Shown piece by piece: positions 50,301-62,510 of a stretch of DNA of 64,000 bases. Under the pieces are notes generated by a model. It searched no databases and was not told the origin of the DNA. It saw only the letters and a list, made by a program, of their open reading frames with translations. This DNA is from Eledone cirrhosa. Lineage: Eukaryota. Location: NCBI GenBank assembly GCA_964016885.1, contig OZ024744.1, forward strand, positions 129,146,001 to 129,210,000, read 5' to 3'. The position numbers and the translations under genes are program-made. Position 1 is the stretch's first letter; every line of letters begins with the position of its first letter.

Positions 50301-53300
50301 TTAAGGTGGGGTTAAAATAAGTTGGGGTTAAGTTAAGTTGGGGTTGAGTTAAGTTGGGGTTGAGTTAATTTGGGGTTAAGTTAAGTTGGGGTTAACTTAA
50401 GTTGGGTTTAATTTAAGTTGGGGTTAATTTAAGTTGGGGTTAAATTAAGTTGGGGTTAAGTTAAGTTGGGGGTAAGATAAGTTGGGGTTAGTTAAGTTGC
50501 GGTTAAGTTAAGTTGGGGTTAAGTTAAGTTGGGGTTAAGTTAAGTTGGGGTTAAGTTAAGTTGGGGTTAAGTTAAGTTGGGGTTAAGTTGGGGTTAAGTT
50601 AAGTTAAGGTTAACTTAAGTTGGGGTTGTGTTAAGTGGTGGTTATGTTAAGTGGTGGTTATGTTAAGTTGGGGTTAAGTTAAGTTGGGGTTAAGTTAAAT
50701 TGGGGTTAAGTTAAGTTGCGGTTAAGTTAAGTTGGGGTTAAGTTAAGTTGGGGTTAAGTTAATTAGGGTTAGGTTAAGTTGGGGTTAAGTTAAGTTGGGG
50801 TTAAGTTAAGTTGGGGTTAAGTTAAGTTGGGGTTAAGTTAAGTCGGGGTTAAGTTAAGTTAGGGTTAAGTTAAGTTGGGGTTAATTTAAGTTGGGGTTAA
50901 GTTAAGTTGGGGTTAAGTTAAGTTGGGGTTAAGTTAAGTTGAGGTTAAAGTTAAGTAGGGGTTAAATTATGTTGGGGTTAAGTTAAGTTGGGGTTAAGTT
51001 AAGTTGGGGTTAATTAAGTTGGGTTTAAGTTAAGTTGGGGTTAAGTTAAGTTGGGGTTAAGTTAAGTTGGGGTTAATTTAAGTTGGGGTTAAGTTAAGTT
51101 GGGGTTAATTTAAGTTGGGGTTAATTTAAGTTGGGGTTAAGTTAAGTTGGGGTTAAGTTAAGTTGGGGTAACGTTAAGTTGGGGGTAAGTTAAGTTGGGG
51201 TTAAGTTAAGTTGGGGTTAAGTTGGGGTTAAGTTAAGTTAGGGTTAACTTAAGTTGGGGTTGTGTTAAGTGGTGGTTATGTTAAGTGGTGGTTATGTTAA
51301 GTTGGGGTTAAGTTAAGTTGGGGTTAAGTTAAGTTGGGGTTAAGTTAAGTTGGGGTTAAGTTAATTAGGGTTAAGTTAAGTTGGGTTTAAGTTAAGTTGG
51401 GGTTAAGTTAATTTGTGGTTAAGTTAAGTTGGGGTTAAGTTAAGTTGGGGTTAAGTTAAGTTGGGGATAAGTTAAGTTGGGGATAAGTTAAGTTGGGGTT
51501 AATTAAGTTGGGTTTAAGTTAAGTTGGGGTTAAGTTAAGTTGGGGTTAAGTTAAGTTGGGGTTAAGTTAAGTTGGTTAGTTAAGTTGAGTTTAAGTGAAG
51601 TTGGGGTTAATTTAAGTTGGGGTTAAGTTAAGTTGGGGTTCAGTTAAGTTGGGGTTAAGTTAAGTTGGGGTTAAGTTGGGGTAAAATTAAGTTGGGGTTA
51701 AGTTAAGTTGGGGTTAAGTTAAGTTGCGGTTAAGTTAAGTTGCCGTTAAGTTAAGTTGAGGTTAAGTTAAGTTGGGGTTAAGTTAAGTTGGGGTTAAGTT
51801 AAGTTGGGGCTAAGTTAAGTTGGGGTTAAGTTAACTTTGGGTTAAGTTAAGTTGGGTTTGAGTTAAGTTGGGGTTAATTAAGTTGGGGTTAAGTTAAGTT
51901 GGGGTTAAGTTAAGTTGGGGTTAATTTGGGGTTAAGTTAAGTTGCGGTTAAGTTAAGTTGATGTTAAGTTAAGTTGGGGTTAATTTAAGTTGGGGTTAAG
52001 TTAAGTTGGGGCTAAGTTAAGTTGGAGCTAAGTTAAGTTGGGGCTAAGTTAAGTTGGGGTTAAGTTAAGGTGGGGTTAAGTTAAGTTGGGGTCAACTTAA
52101 GTTGGGGTTAAGTTAAGTTGGGGTTAACTTAAGTTGGGGTTAAGTTAAGTTGGGGTTAAGTTAAGTCGGGGTTAATTTAAATTGGGGTTACGTTAAGTTG
52201 GGGGTAAGTCAAGTTGGTGTTAAGTTAAGTTGGGGGTAAGTTAAGATGGGGTTAAGTTAAGTTGGGGTTAATTTAATTTGGGGTTAAGTTAAGTTAGGGT
52301 TAAGTTAAGTTGGGGTTGAGTTAAGTTGGGGTTAAGTTAAGTTGGGGTTATGTTAAGTTGGGGTTAAGTTAAGTTGGGGTTAAGTTAAGTTGGGGTTCAA
52401 TTAAGATGCGGATAATTTAAGTTGGGGTTAAGTTAAGTTGGGGTTAAGTTAAGTTAGGGTTAAGTTAAGTTGGGGTTAAATTAAGTTGGGGTTAAATTAA
52501 GTTGGGGTTAAGTTAAGTTGGGGTTATGTTAAGTTGGTGTTAAGTTAAGTTGGGGTTAAGTTAAGTTGGGGTTAAGTTAGGTTGGTGTTAATTTAAGTTG
52601 GGGGTAAGTTAAGTTGGGGGTAAGTTAAGTTGGTGTTAAGTTAAGTTGGGGTTAAGTTAAGTTGGGGTTAAGTTAAGTTGGGTTTAAGTTAAGTTGGGGC
52701 TAAGTTAAGTTAGGGCTAAGTTAAGTTGGGGTTAAGTAAAGTTAGGGCTAACTTAAGTTGGGGTTAAGTTAAGTTGGGGTTAATTTAAGTTGGGGTTACA
52801 TTAAGTTGATGTTAAGTTAAGTTGGGGTTAAGTTAAGTTGGGGTTAAGTTAAGTTGGGGTTAAATTAAGTTGGGGTTAAGTTAAGTTGGGGTTAAGTTAG
52901 GTTGGTGTTAAGTTAAGTTGGGGTTAAGTTAATTTGTGGTTAAGTTAAGTTGGGGTTAAGTTAAGTTGGGGTTAAGTTCAGTCGGGGTTAAGTTAAGTCG
53001 GGGTTAAGTTAAGTTGGGGTTAAGTTAAGTTGCGGTTAAGTTAAGTTGGGGTTAAGTTAAGTTGGGGTTAAGTTAATTAGGGTTAAGTTAAGTTGGGGTT
53101 AAGTTAAGTTGGGGTTAAGTTAAGTTGGGGTTAAGTTATGTTGGGTTTAAGTTAAGTTGGGGCTAAGTTAAGTTAGGGCTAAGTTAAGTTGGGGTTAAGT
53201 TAAGTTGGGGTTAATTTAAGTTGGGGTTACATTAAGTTGAGGTTAAGTTAAGTTGTGGTTAAGTTAAGTTAGGGTTAATTTGAGTTAGGGTTATGTTAAG

Positions 53301-54260
53301 TTGGGGTTAAGTTAAGTTGGGGTTAAGTTAGGTTGGTGTTAAGTTAAGTTGGGGTTAAGTTAATTTGTGGTTAAGTTAAGTTGGGGTTAAGTTAAGTTGG
53401 GGTTAAGTTCAGTCGGGGTTAAGTTAAGTCGGGGTTAATTTAAGTTGGGGTTAAGTTAAGTTGGGGTTAAGTTAAGTTGGGGTTGAGTTAAGTTGGGGTT
53501 AAGTTAAGGTGGGGTTAAAATAAGTTGGGGTTAAGTTAAGTTGGGGTTGAGTTAAGTTGGGGTTGAGTTAATTTGGGGTTAAGTTAAGTTGGGGTTAACT
53601 TAAGTTGGGTTTAATTTAAGTTGGGGTTAATTTAAGTTGGGGTTAAATTAAGTTGGGGTTAAGTTAAGTTGGGGGTAAGATAAGTTGGGGTTAGTTAAGT
53701 TGCGGTTAAGTTAAGTTGGGGTTAAGTTAAGTTGGGGTTAAGTTAAGTTGGGGTTAAGTTAAGTTGGGGTTAAGTTAAGTTGGGGTTAAGTTGGGGTTAA
53801 GTTAAGTTAAGGTTAACTTAAGTTGGGGTTGTGTTAAGTGGTGGTTATGTTAAGTGGTGGTTATGTTAAGTTGGGGTTAAGTTAAGTTGGGGTTAAGTTA
53901 AATTGGGGTTAAGTTAAGTTGCGGTTAAGTTAAGTTGGGGTTAAGTTAAGTTGGGGTTAAGTTAATTAGGGTTAGGTTAAGTTGGGGTTAAGTTAAGTTG
54001 GGGTTAAGTTAAGTTGGGGTTAAGTTAAGTTGGGGTTAAGTTAAGTCGGGGTTAAGTTAAGTTAGGGTTAAGTTAAGTTGGGGTTAATTTAAGTTGGGGT
54101 TAAGTTAAGTTGGGGTTAAGTTAAGTTGGGGTTAAGTTAAGTTGAGGTTAAAGTTAAGTAGGGGTTAAATTATGTTGGGGTTAAGTTAAGTTGGGGTTAA
54201 GTTAAGTTGGGGTTAATTAAGTTGGGTTTAAGTTAAGTTGGGGTTAAGTTAAGTTGGGGT
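41350..54260 (+). repeat. ~3.2-kb higher-order repeat (~200 monomers), 4 copies
   Basis: GTAACG at 41431, 44746, 47965, 51168; CAATTAAGATGCGGAT at 42645, 45992, 49195, 52398; TTAAAGTTAAGTAGGGG at 44523, 47742, 50945, 54148 (later spacings 3203). Confidence 0.92.
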
Positions 54261-57220
54261 TAAGTTAAGTTGGGGTTAAGTTAAGTTGGTTAGTTAAGTT
54301 GAGTTTAAGTTAAGTTGGGCTTAATTTAAGTTGGGGTTAAGTTAAGTTGGGGTTAAGTTGAGTTGGGGTTAAGTTAAGTTGGGGTTAAGTTAAGTTGGGG
54401 TTCAGTCAAGTTGGGGTTAAGTTAAGTTGGGGTTAAGTTGGGGTAAAATTAAGTTGGGGTTAAGTTAAGTTGGGGTTAAGTTAAGTTGGGGTTAAGTTAA
54501 GTTGGGGTTAAGTTAAGTTGCGGTTAAGTTAAGTTGAGGTTAAGTTAAGTTGGGGTTAAGTTAAGTTGGGGTTAATTTAAGTTGGGGCTAAGTCAAGTTG
54601 GGGCTAAGTTAAGTTGGGGCTAAGTTAAGTTGGGGTTAAGTTAACTTTGGGTTAAGTTAAGTTGGGTTTGAGTTAAGTTGGGGTTAATTAAGTTGGGGTT
54701 AAGTTAAGTTGGGGTTAAGTTAAGTTGGGGTTAATTTAAGTTGGGGTTAAGTTAAGTTGCGGTTAAGTTAAGTTGATGTTAAGTTAAGTTGGGGTTAAGT
54801 TAAGTTGGGGTTAAGTTAAGTTGGGGCTAAGTTAAGTTGGGGCTAAGTTAAGTTGGGGCTAAGTTAAGTTGGGGTTCAGTTAAGGTGGGGTTAAGTTAAG
54901 TTGGTGTCAACTTAAGTTGGGGTTAAGTTAAGTTGGGGTTAAGTTAAGTTGGGGTTAAGTTAAGTTGGGGTTAAGTTAAGTTGGGGGTAAGTTAAGTTGG
55001 TGGTAAGTTAAGTTGGGGGTAAGTTAAGATGGGGTTAAGTTAAGTTGGGGTTAATTTAATTTGGGGTTAAGTTAAGTTATGGTTAAGTTAAGTTGGGGTT
55101 ATGTTAAGTTGGGGTTAAGTTAAGTTGGGGTTAAGTTAAGTTGGGGTTAAGTTAAGTTGGGGTTAAGTTAAGTTGGGGTTCAATTAAGTTGCGGTTAATT
55201 TAAGTTGGGTTAATTTAAGTTAATTTAAGTTAGGCTTAACTTAAGTTGGGGTTAAGTTAAGTTGGGGGTGAGTTAAGTTGGGGGTAAGTTAAGTTGGGGT
55301 TAAGTTAAGTTGGGGTTAAGTTAGGTTGGTGTTAAGTTAAGTTGGCGGTAAGTTAAGTTGGGGGTAAGTTAAGTTGGTGTTAAGTTAAGTTGGGGTTAAG
55401 TTAAGGTGGGGTTAAAATAAGTTGGGGTTAAGTTAAGTTGGGGTTGAGTTAAGTTGGGGTTGAGTTAATTTGGGGTTAAGTTAAGTTGGGGTTAACTTAA
55501 GTTGGGTTTAATTTAAGTTGGGGTTAATTTAAGTTGGGGTTAAATTAAGTTGGGGTTAAGTTAAGTTGGGGGTAAGATAAGTTGGGGTTAGTTAAGTTGC
55601 GGTTAAGTTAAGTTGGGGTTAAGTTAAGTTGGGGTTAAGTTAAGTTGGGGTTAAGTTAAGTTGGGGTTAAGTTAAGTTGGGGTTAAGTTGGGGTTAAGTT
55701 AAGGTTAACTTAAGTTGGGGTTGTGTTAAGTGGTGGTTATGTTAAGTGGTGGTTATGTTAAGTTGGGGTTAAGTTAAGTTGGGGTTAAGTTAAATTGGGG
55801 TTAAGTTAAGTTGCGGTTAAGTTAAGTTGGGGTTAAGTTAAGTTGGGGTTAAGTTAATTAGGGTTAGGTTAAGTTGGGGTTAAGTTAAGTTGGGGTTAAG
55901 TTAAGTTGGGGTTAAGTTAAGTTGGGGTTAAGTTAAGTCGGGGTTAAGTTAAGTTAGGGTTAAGTTAAGTTGGGGTTAATTTAAGTTGGGGTTAAGTTAA
56001 GTTGGGGTTAAGTTAAGTTGGGGTTAAGTTAAGTTGAGGTTAAAGTTAAGTAGGGGTTAAATTATGTTGGGGTTAAGTTAAGTTGGGGTTAAGTTAAGTT
56101 GGGGTTAATTAAGTTGGGTTTAAGTTAAGTTGGGGTTAAGTTAAGTTGGGGTTAAGTTAAGTTGGGGTTAAGTTAAGTTGGTTAGTTAAGTTGTGTTTAA
56201 GTTAAGTTGGGCTTAATTTAAGTTGGGGTTAAGTTAAGTTGGGGTTAAGTTAAGTTGGGGTTAAGTTAAGTTGGGGTTAAGTTAAGTTGGGGTTCAGTCA
56301 AGTTGGGGTTAAGTTAAGTTGGGGTTAAGTTGGGGTAAAATTAAGTTGGGGTTAAGTTAAGTTGGGGTTAAGTTAAGTTGGGGTTAAGTTAAGTTGGGGT
56401 TAAGTTAAGTTGCGGTTAAGTTAAGTTGAGGTTAAGTTAAGTTGGGGTTAAGTTAAGTTGGGGTTAATTTAAGTTGGGGCTAAGTCAAGTTGGGGCTAAG
56501 TTAAGTTGGGGCTAAGTTAAGTTGGGGTTAAGTTAACTTTGGGTTAAGTTAAGTTGGGTTTGAGTTAAGTTGGGGTTAATTAAGTTGGGGTTAAGTTAAG
56601 TTGGGGTTAAGTTAAGTTGGGGTTAATTTAATTTGGGGTTAAGTTAAGTTGCGGTTAAGTTAAGTTGATGTTAAGTTAAGTTGGGGTTGAATTAAGTTGG
56701 GGTTAAGTTAAGTTGGGGCTAAGTTAAGTTGGGGCTAAGTTAAGTTGGGGCTAAGTTAAGTTGGGGTTCAGTTAAGGTGGGGTTAAGTTAAGTTGGGGTC
56801 AACTTAAGTTGGGGTTAAGTTAAGTTGGGGTTAAGTTAAGTTGGGGTTAAGTTAAGTTGGGGTTAAGTTAAGTTGGGGGTAAGTTAAGTTGGTGGTAAGT
56901 TAAGTTGGGGGTAAGTTAAGATGGGGTTAAGTTAAGTTGGGGTTAATTTAATTTGGGGTTAAGTTAAGTTATGGTTAAGTTAAGTTGGGGTTATGTTAAG
57001 TTGGGGTTAAGTTAAGTTGGGGTTAAGTTAAGTTGGGGTTAAGTTAAGTTGGGGTTAAGTTAAGTTGGGGTTCAATTAAGTTGCGGTTAATTTAAGTTGG
57101 GTTAATTTAAGTTAATTTAAATTAGGCTTAACTTAAGTTGGGGTTAAGTTAGGTTGGTGTTAAGTTAAGTTGGCGGTAAGTTAAGTTGGGGGTAAGTTAA
57201 GTTGGTGTTAAGTTATGTTG
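53500..57220 (+). repeat. ~1.9-kb higher-order repeat, 2 copies (boundaries approximate)
   Basis: TTCAGTCAAG at 54401/56293 and TTAAAGTTAAGTAGGGG at 54148/56040, both offset by 1892. Confidence 0.85.
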
Positions 57221-58949
57221 GGGTTAAGTTAAGTTGGAGTTAAGTTAAGTTGGGTTTAAGTTAAGTTGGGGCTAAGTTAAGTTAGGGCTAAGTTAAGTTG
57301 GGGTTAAGTAAAGTTAGAGCTAAGTTAAGTTGGGGTTAAGTTAAATTGGGGTTAATTTAAGTTGGGGTTACATTAAGTTGAGGTTAAGTTAAGTTGGGGT
57401 TAAGTTAAGTTGGGTTTAAGTTAAGTTGGGGCTAAGTTAAGTTAGGGCTAAGTTAAGTTGGGGCTGAGTTAAGTTGGGGTTAAGTTAAGTTGGGGTTGAG
57501 TTAAGTTGGGGTTAAGTTAAGTTGGGGTTAAGTTAAGTTGGGGTTAAGTTAAGTTGGGGCTGAGTTAAGTTGGGGTTACGTTAAGTTGGGGTTAAGGTAA
57601 GTTGGGGTTGAGTTAAGTTCGGGTTAAGTTAAGTTGGTGTTAAGTTAAGTTGGGGCTGAGTTAAGTTGGGGCTAATTTAAGTTGGGTCTAAGTTAAGTTG
57701 GGGTTAAGTTAAGTTGGGGTTAAGTTAAGTTGGTGTTAAATTAAGTTGGGGTTAAGTTAAGTTGGTGTTAAGTTAAGTTGGGGTTAAGTTAAGTTGGGGT
57801 TACTTAAGTTGGGGTTAAGTTAAGTTGGGGTTAAGTTAATTGGGGTTAAATTAAGTTAGGGTTGAGTTAAGTTGGGGTTAAGTTAAGTTGGGGTTATATT
57901 AAGTTGGGGTTAAGTTAAGTTGGGTTAAGTAAAGTTGGGGTTCAGTTAAGTTGCGGTTAAGTTAAGTTGGGGTTAAGTTAAGTTAGGCTTAACTTAAGTT
58001 GGGGTTAAGTTAAGTAGGGGGTGAGTTAAGTTGGGGGTAAGTTAAGTTGGGGTTAAGTTAAGTTGGGGTTAAGTTGGGGTTAAGTTAATTTAGGGTTAAG
58101 TTAAGTTGGGGTTGAGTTAAGTTGGGGTTAAGTTAAGTGGTGGTTATGTTAAGTTGGGGTTAAGTTAAGTTGGGGTTAATTTAATTTGTGGTTAAGTTAA
58201 GTTGGGGTTAAGTTAAGTTGGGGTTAAGTTAAGCTGGGGTTAAGTTAAGTTGGGGTTAAAATAAGTTGGGGTTAAGTTAAGTTGGGGTTGAGTTAAGTTG
58301 GGGTTGAGTTAATACGGGGTTAAGTTAAGTTGGGGTTAACTTAAGTTGGGTTTAATTTAAGTTGGGGTTAAGTTAAGTTGGGGTTATAATTAAGTTGGGG
58401 TTAATTTAAGTTGGGGGTAAGATAAGTTGGGGTTAGTTAAGTTGCGGTTAAGTTAAGTTGGGGTTAAGTTAAGTTGGGGTTAAATTAAGTTGGGGTTAAG
58501 TTAAGTTGGGGTTAATTTAAGTTGGGGTTAATTTAAGTTGGGGTAAAGTTAAGTTGGGGGTAAGTTAAGTTGGGGTTAAGTTAAGTTGGGGTTAAGTTCG
58601 GGTTAAGTTAAGTTAGGGTTAACTTAAGTTGGGGTTGTGTTAAGTGGTGGTTATGTTAAGTGGTGATTATGTTAAGTTGGGGTTAAGTTAAGTTGGGGTT
58701 AAGTTAAATTGGGGTTAAGTTAAGTTACGGTTAAGTTAAGTTGGGGTTAAGTTAAGTTGGGGTTAAGTTAATTAGGGTTAAGTTAAGTTGGGGTTAAGTT
58801 AAGTTGGGGTTAAGTTAAGTTGGGGTTAAGTTAAGTTGGGGTTAAGTTAAGTTGCGGTTAAGTTAAGTTGAGGTTAAGTTAAGTTGGGGTTAAGTTAAGT
58901 TGGGGTTAATTTAAGTTGGGGCTAAGTCAAGTTGGGGCTAAGTTAAGTT

Positions 58950-61900
58950 GGGGCTAAGTTAAGTTGGGGTTAAGTTAACTTTGGGTTAAGTTAAGTTGGG
59001 TTTGAGTTAAGTTGGGGTTAATTAAGTTGGGGTTAAGTTAAGTTGGGGTTAAGTTAAGTTGGGGTTAATTTAAGTTGGGGTTAAGTTAAGTTGCGGTTAA
59101 GTTAAGTTGATGTTAAGTTAAGTTGGGGTTAAGTTAAGTTGGGGTTAAGTTAAGTTGGGGCTAAGTTAAGTTGGGGCTAAGTTAAGTTGGGGCTAAGTTA
59201 AGTTGGGGTTCAGTTAAGGTGGGGTTAAGTTAAGTTGGGGTCAACTTAAGTTGGGGTTAAGTTAAGTTGGGGTTAAGTTAAGTTGGGGTTAAGTTAAGTT
59301 GGGGTTAAGTTAAGTTGGGGTTACGTTAAGTTGGGGGTAAGTTAAGTTGGTGGTAAGTTAAGTTGGGGTTAATTTAATTTGGGGTTAAGTTAAGTTATGG
59401 TTAAGTTAAGTTGGGGTTATGTTAAGTTGGGGTTAAGTTAAGTTGGGGTTAAGTTAAGTTGGGGTTAAGTTAAGTTGGGGTTCAATTAAGTTGCGGTTAA
59501 TTTAAGTTGGGTTAATTTAAGTTAATTTAAGTTAGGCTTAACTTAAGTTGGGGTTAAGTTAAGTTGGGGGTGAGTTAAGTTGGGGGTAAGTTAAGTTGGG
59601 GTTAAGTTAAGTTGGGGTTAAGTTAGGTTGGTGTTAAGTTAAGTTGGCGGTAAGTTAAGTTGGGGGTAAGTTAAGTTGGTGTTAAGTTATGTTGGGGTTA
59701 AGTTAAGTTGGAGTTAAGTTAAGTTGGGTTTAAGTTAAGTTGGGGCTAAGTTAAGTTAGGGCTAAGTTAAGTTGGGGTTAAGTAAAGTTAGAGCTAAGTT
59801 AAGTTGGGGTTAAGTTAAATTGGGGTTAATTTAAGTTGGGGTTACATTAAGTTGAGGTTAAGTTAAGTTGGGGTTAAGTTAAGTTGGGGCTAATTTAAGT
59901 TGGGTCTAAGTTAAGTTAAGGTTAAGTTAAGTTGGGGTTAAGTTAAGTTGGTGTTAAATTAAGTTGGGGTTAAGTTAAGTTGGTGTTAAGTTAAGTTGGG
60001 GTTAAGTTAAGTTGGGGTTACTTAAGTTGGGGTTAAGTTAAGTTGGGGTTAAGTTAATTGGGGTTAAATTAAGTTAGGGTTGAGTTAAGTTGGGGTTAAG
60101 TTAAGTTGGGTTAAGTAAAGTTGGGGTTCAGTTAAGTTGCGGTTAAGTTAAGTTGGGGTTAAGTTAAGTTAGGCTTAACTTAAGTTGGGGTTAAGTTAAG
60201 TAGGGGGTGAGTTAAGTTGGGGGTAAGTTAAGTTGGGGTTAAGTTAATTTAGGGTTAAGTTAAGTTGGGGTTGAGTTAAGTTGGGGTTAAGTTAAGTGGT
60301 GGTTATGTTAAGTTGGGGTTAAGTTAAGTTGGGGTTAATTTAAATTGGGGTTAATTTAACTTTGTGGTTAAGTTAAGTTGGGGTTAATTTAAGTTGGGGT
60401 TAAGTTAAGTTGGGGTTAATTTAATTTGTGGTTAAGTTAAGTTGGGGTTAAGTTAAGTTGGGGTTAAGTTAAGCTGGGGTTAAGTTAAGTTGGGGTTAAA
60501 ATAAGTTGGGGTTAAGTTAAGTTGGGGTTGAGTTAAGTTGGGGTTGAGTTAATTCGGGGTTAAGTTAAGTTGGGGTTAACTTAAGTTGGGTTTAATTTAA
60601 GTTGGGGTTAAGTTAAGTTGGGGTTATAATTAAGTTGGGGTTAATTTAAGTTGGGGGTAAGATAAGTTGGGGTTAGTTAAGTTGCGGTTAAGTTAAGTTG
60701 GGGTTAAGTTAAGTTGGGGCTAAGTTAAGTTGGGGTTAAGTTAACTTTGGGTTAAGTTAAGTTGGGTTTGAGTTAAGTTGGGGTTAATTAAGTTGGGGTT
60801 AAGTTAAGTTGGGGTTAAGTTAAGTTGGGGTTAATTTAAGTTGGGGTTAAGTTAAGTTGCGGTTAAGTTAAGTTGATGTTAAGTTAAGTTGGGGTTAAGT
60901 TAAGTTGGGGTTAAGTTAAGTTGGGGCTAAGTTAAGTTGGGACTAAGTTAAGTTGGGGCTAAGTTAAGTTGGGGTTCAGTTAAGGTGGGGTTAAGTTAAG
61001 TTGGGGTTAAGTTAAGTTGGGGTTAAGTTAAGTTGGGGTTAAGTTAAGTTGGGGTTAAGTTAAGTTGGGGTTAAGTTAAGTTGGGGTTACGTTAAGTTGG
61101 GGGTAAGTTAAGTTGGTGGTAAGTTAAGTTGGGGTTAATTTAATTTGGGGTTAAGTTAAGTTATGGTTAAGTTAAGTTGGGGTTATGTTAAGTTGGGGTT
61201 AAGTTAAGTTGGGGTTAAGTTAAGTTGGGGTTAAGTTAAGTTGGGGTTCAATTAAGTTGCGGTTAATTTAAGTTGGGTTAATTTAAGTTAATTTAAGTTA
61301 GGCTTAACTTAAGTTGGGGTTAAGTTAAGTTGGGGGTGAGTTAAGTTGGGGGTAAGTTAAGTTGGGGTTAAGTTAAGTTGGGGTTAAGTTAGGTTGGTGT
61401 TAAGTTAAGTTGGCGGTAAGTTAAGTTGGGGGTAAGTTAAGTTGGTGTTAAGTTATGTTGGGGTTAAGTTAAGTTGGAGTTAAGTTAAGTTGGGTTTAAG
61501 TTAAGTTGGGGCTAAGTTAAGTTAGGGCTAAGTTAAGTTGGGGTTAAGTAAAGTTAGAGCTAAGTTAAGTTGGGGTTAAGTTAAATTGGGGTTAATTTAA
61601 GTTGGGGTTACATTAAGTTGAGGTTAAGTTAAGTTGGGGTTAAGTTAAGTTGGGGCTAATTTAAGTTGGGTCTAAGTTAAGTTGGGGTTAAGTTAAGTTG
61701 GGGTTAAGTTAAGTTGGTGTTAAATTAAGTTGGGGTTAAGTTAAGTTGGTGTTAAGTTAAGTTGGGGTTAAGTTAAGTTGGGGTTACTTAAGTTGGGGTT
61801 AAGTTAAGTTGGGGTTAAGTTAATTGGGGTTAAATTAAGTTAGGGTTGAGTTAAGTTGGGGTTAAGTTAAGTTGGGGTTATATTAAGTTGGGGTTAAGTT

Positions 61901-62510
61901 AAGTTGGGTTAAGTAAAGTTGGGGTTCAGTTAAGTTGCGGTTAAGTTAAGTTGGGGTTAAGTTAAGTTAGGCTTAACTTAAGTTGGGGTTAAGTTAAGTA
62001 GGGGGTGAGTTAAGTTGGGGGTAAGTTAAGTTGGGGTTAAGTTAATTTAGGGTTAAGTTAAGTTGGGGTTGAGTTAAGTTGGGGTTAAGTTAAGTGGTGG
62101 TTATGTTAAGTTGGGGTTAAGTTAAGTTGGGGTTAATTTAAATTGGGGTTAATTTAACTTTGTGGTTAAGTTAAGTTGGGGTTAATTTAAGTTGGGGTTA
62201 AGTTAAGTTGGGGTTAATTTAATTTGTGGTTAAGTTAAGTTGGGGTTAAGTTAAGTTGGGGTTAAGTTAAGCTGGGGTTAAGTTAAGTTGGGGTTAAAAT
62301 AAGTTGGGGTTAAGTTAAGTTGGGGTTGAGTTAAGTTGGGGTTGAGTTAATTCGGGGTTAAGTTAAGTTGGGGTTAACTTAAGTTGGGTTTAATTTAAGT
62401 TGGGGTTAAATTAAGTTGGGGTTATAATTAAGTTGGGGTTAATTTAAGTTGGGGGTAAGATAAGTTGGGGTTAGTTAAGTTGCGGTTAAGTTAAGTTGGG
62501 GTTAAGTTAA
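58950..62510 (+). repeat. ~1.77-kb higher-order repeat, 2 copies, with a longer ~2.47-kb relative upstream
   Basis: GTTATGTTGGGGTTAAGTTAAGTTGGAG at 57212, 59686, 61452 (spacings 2474, 1766). Confidence 0.8.
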
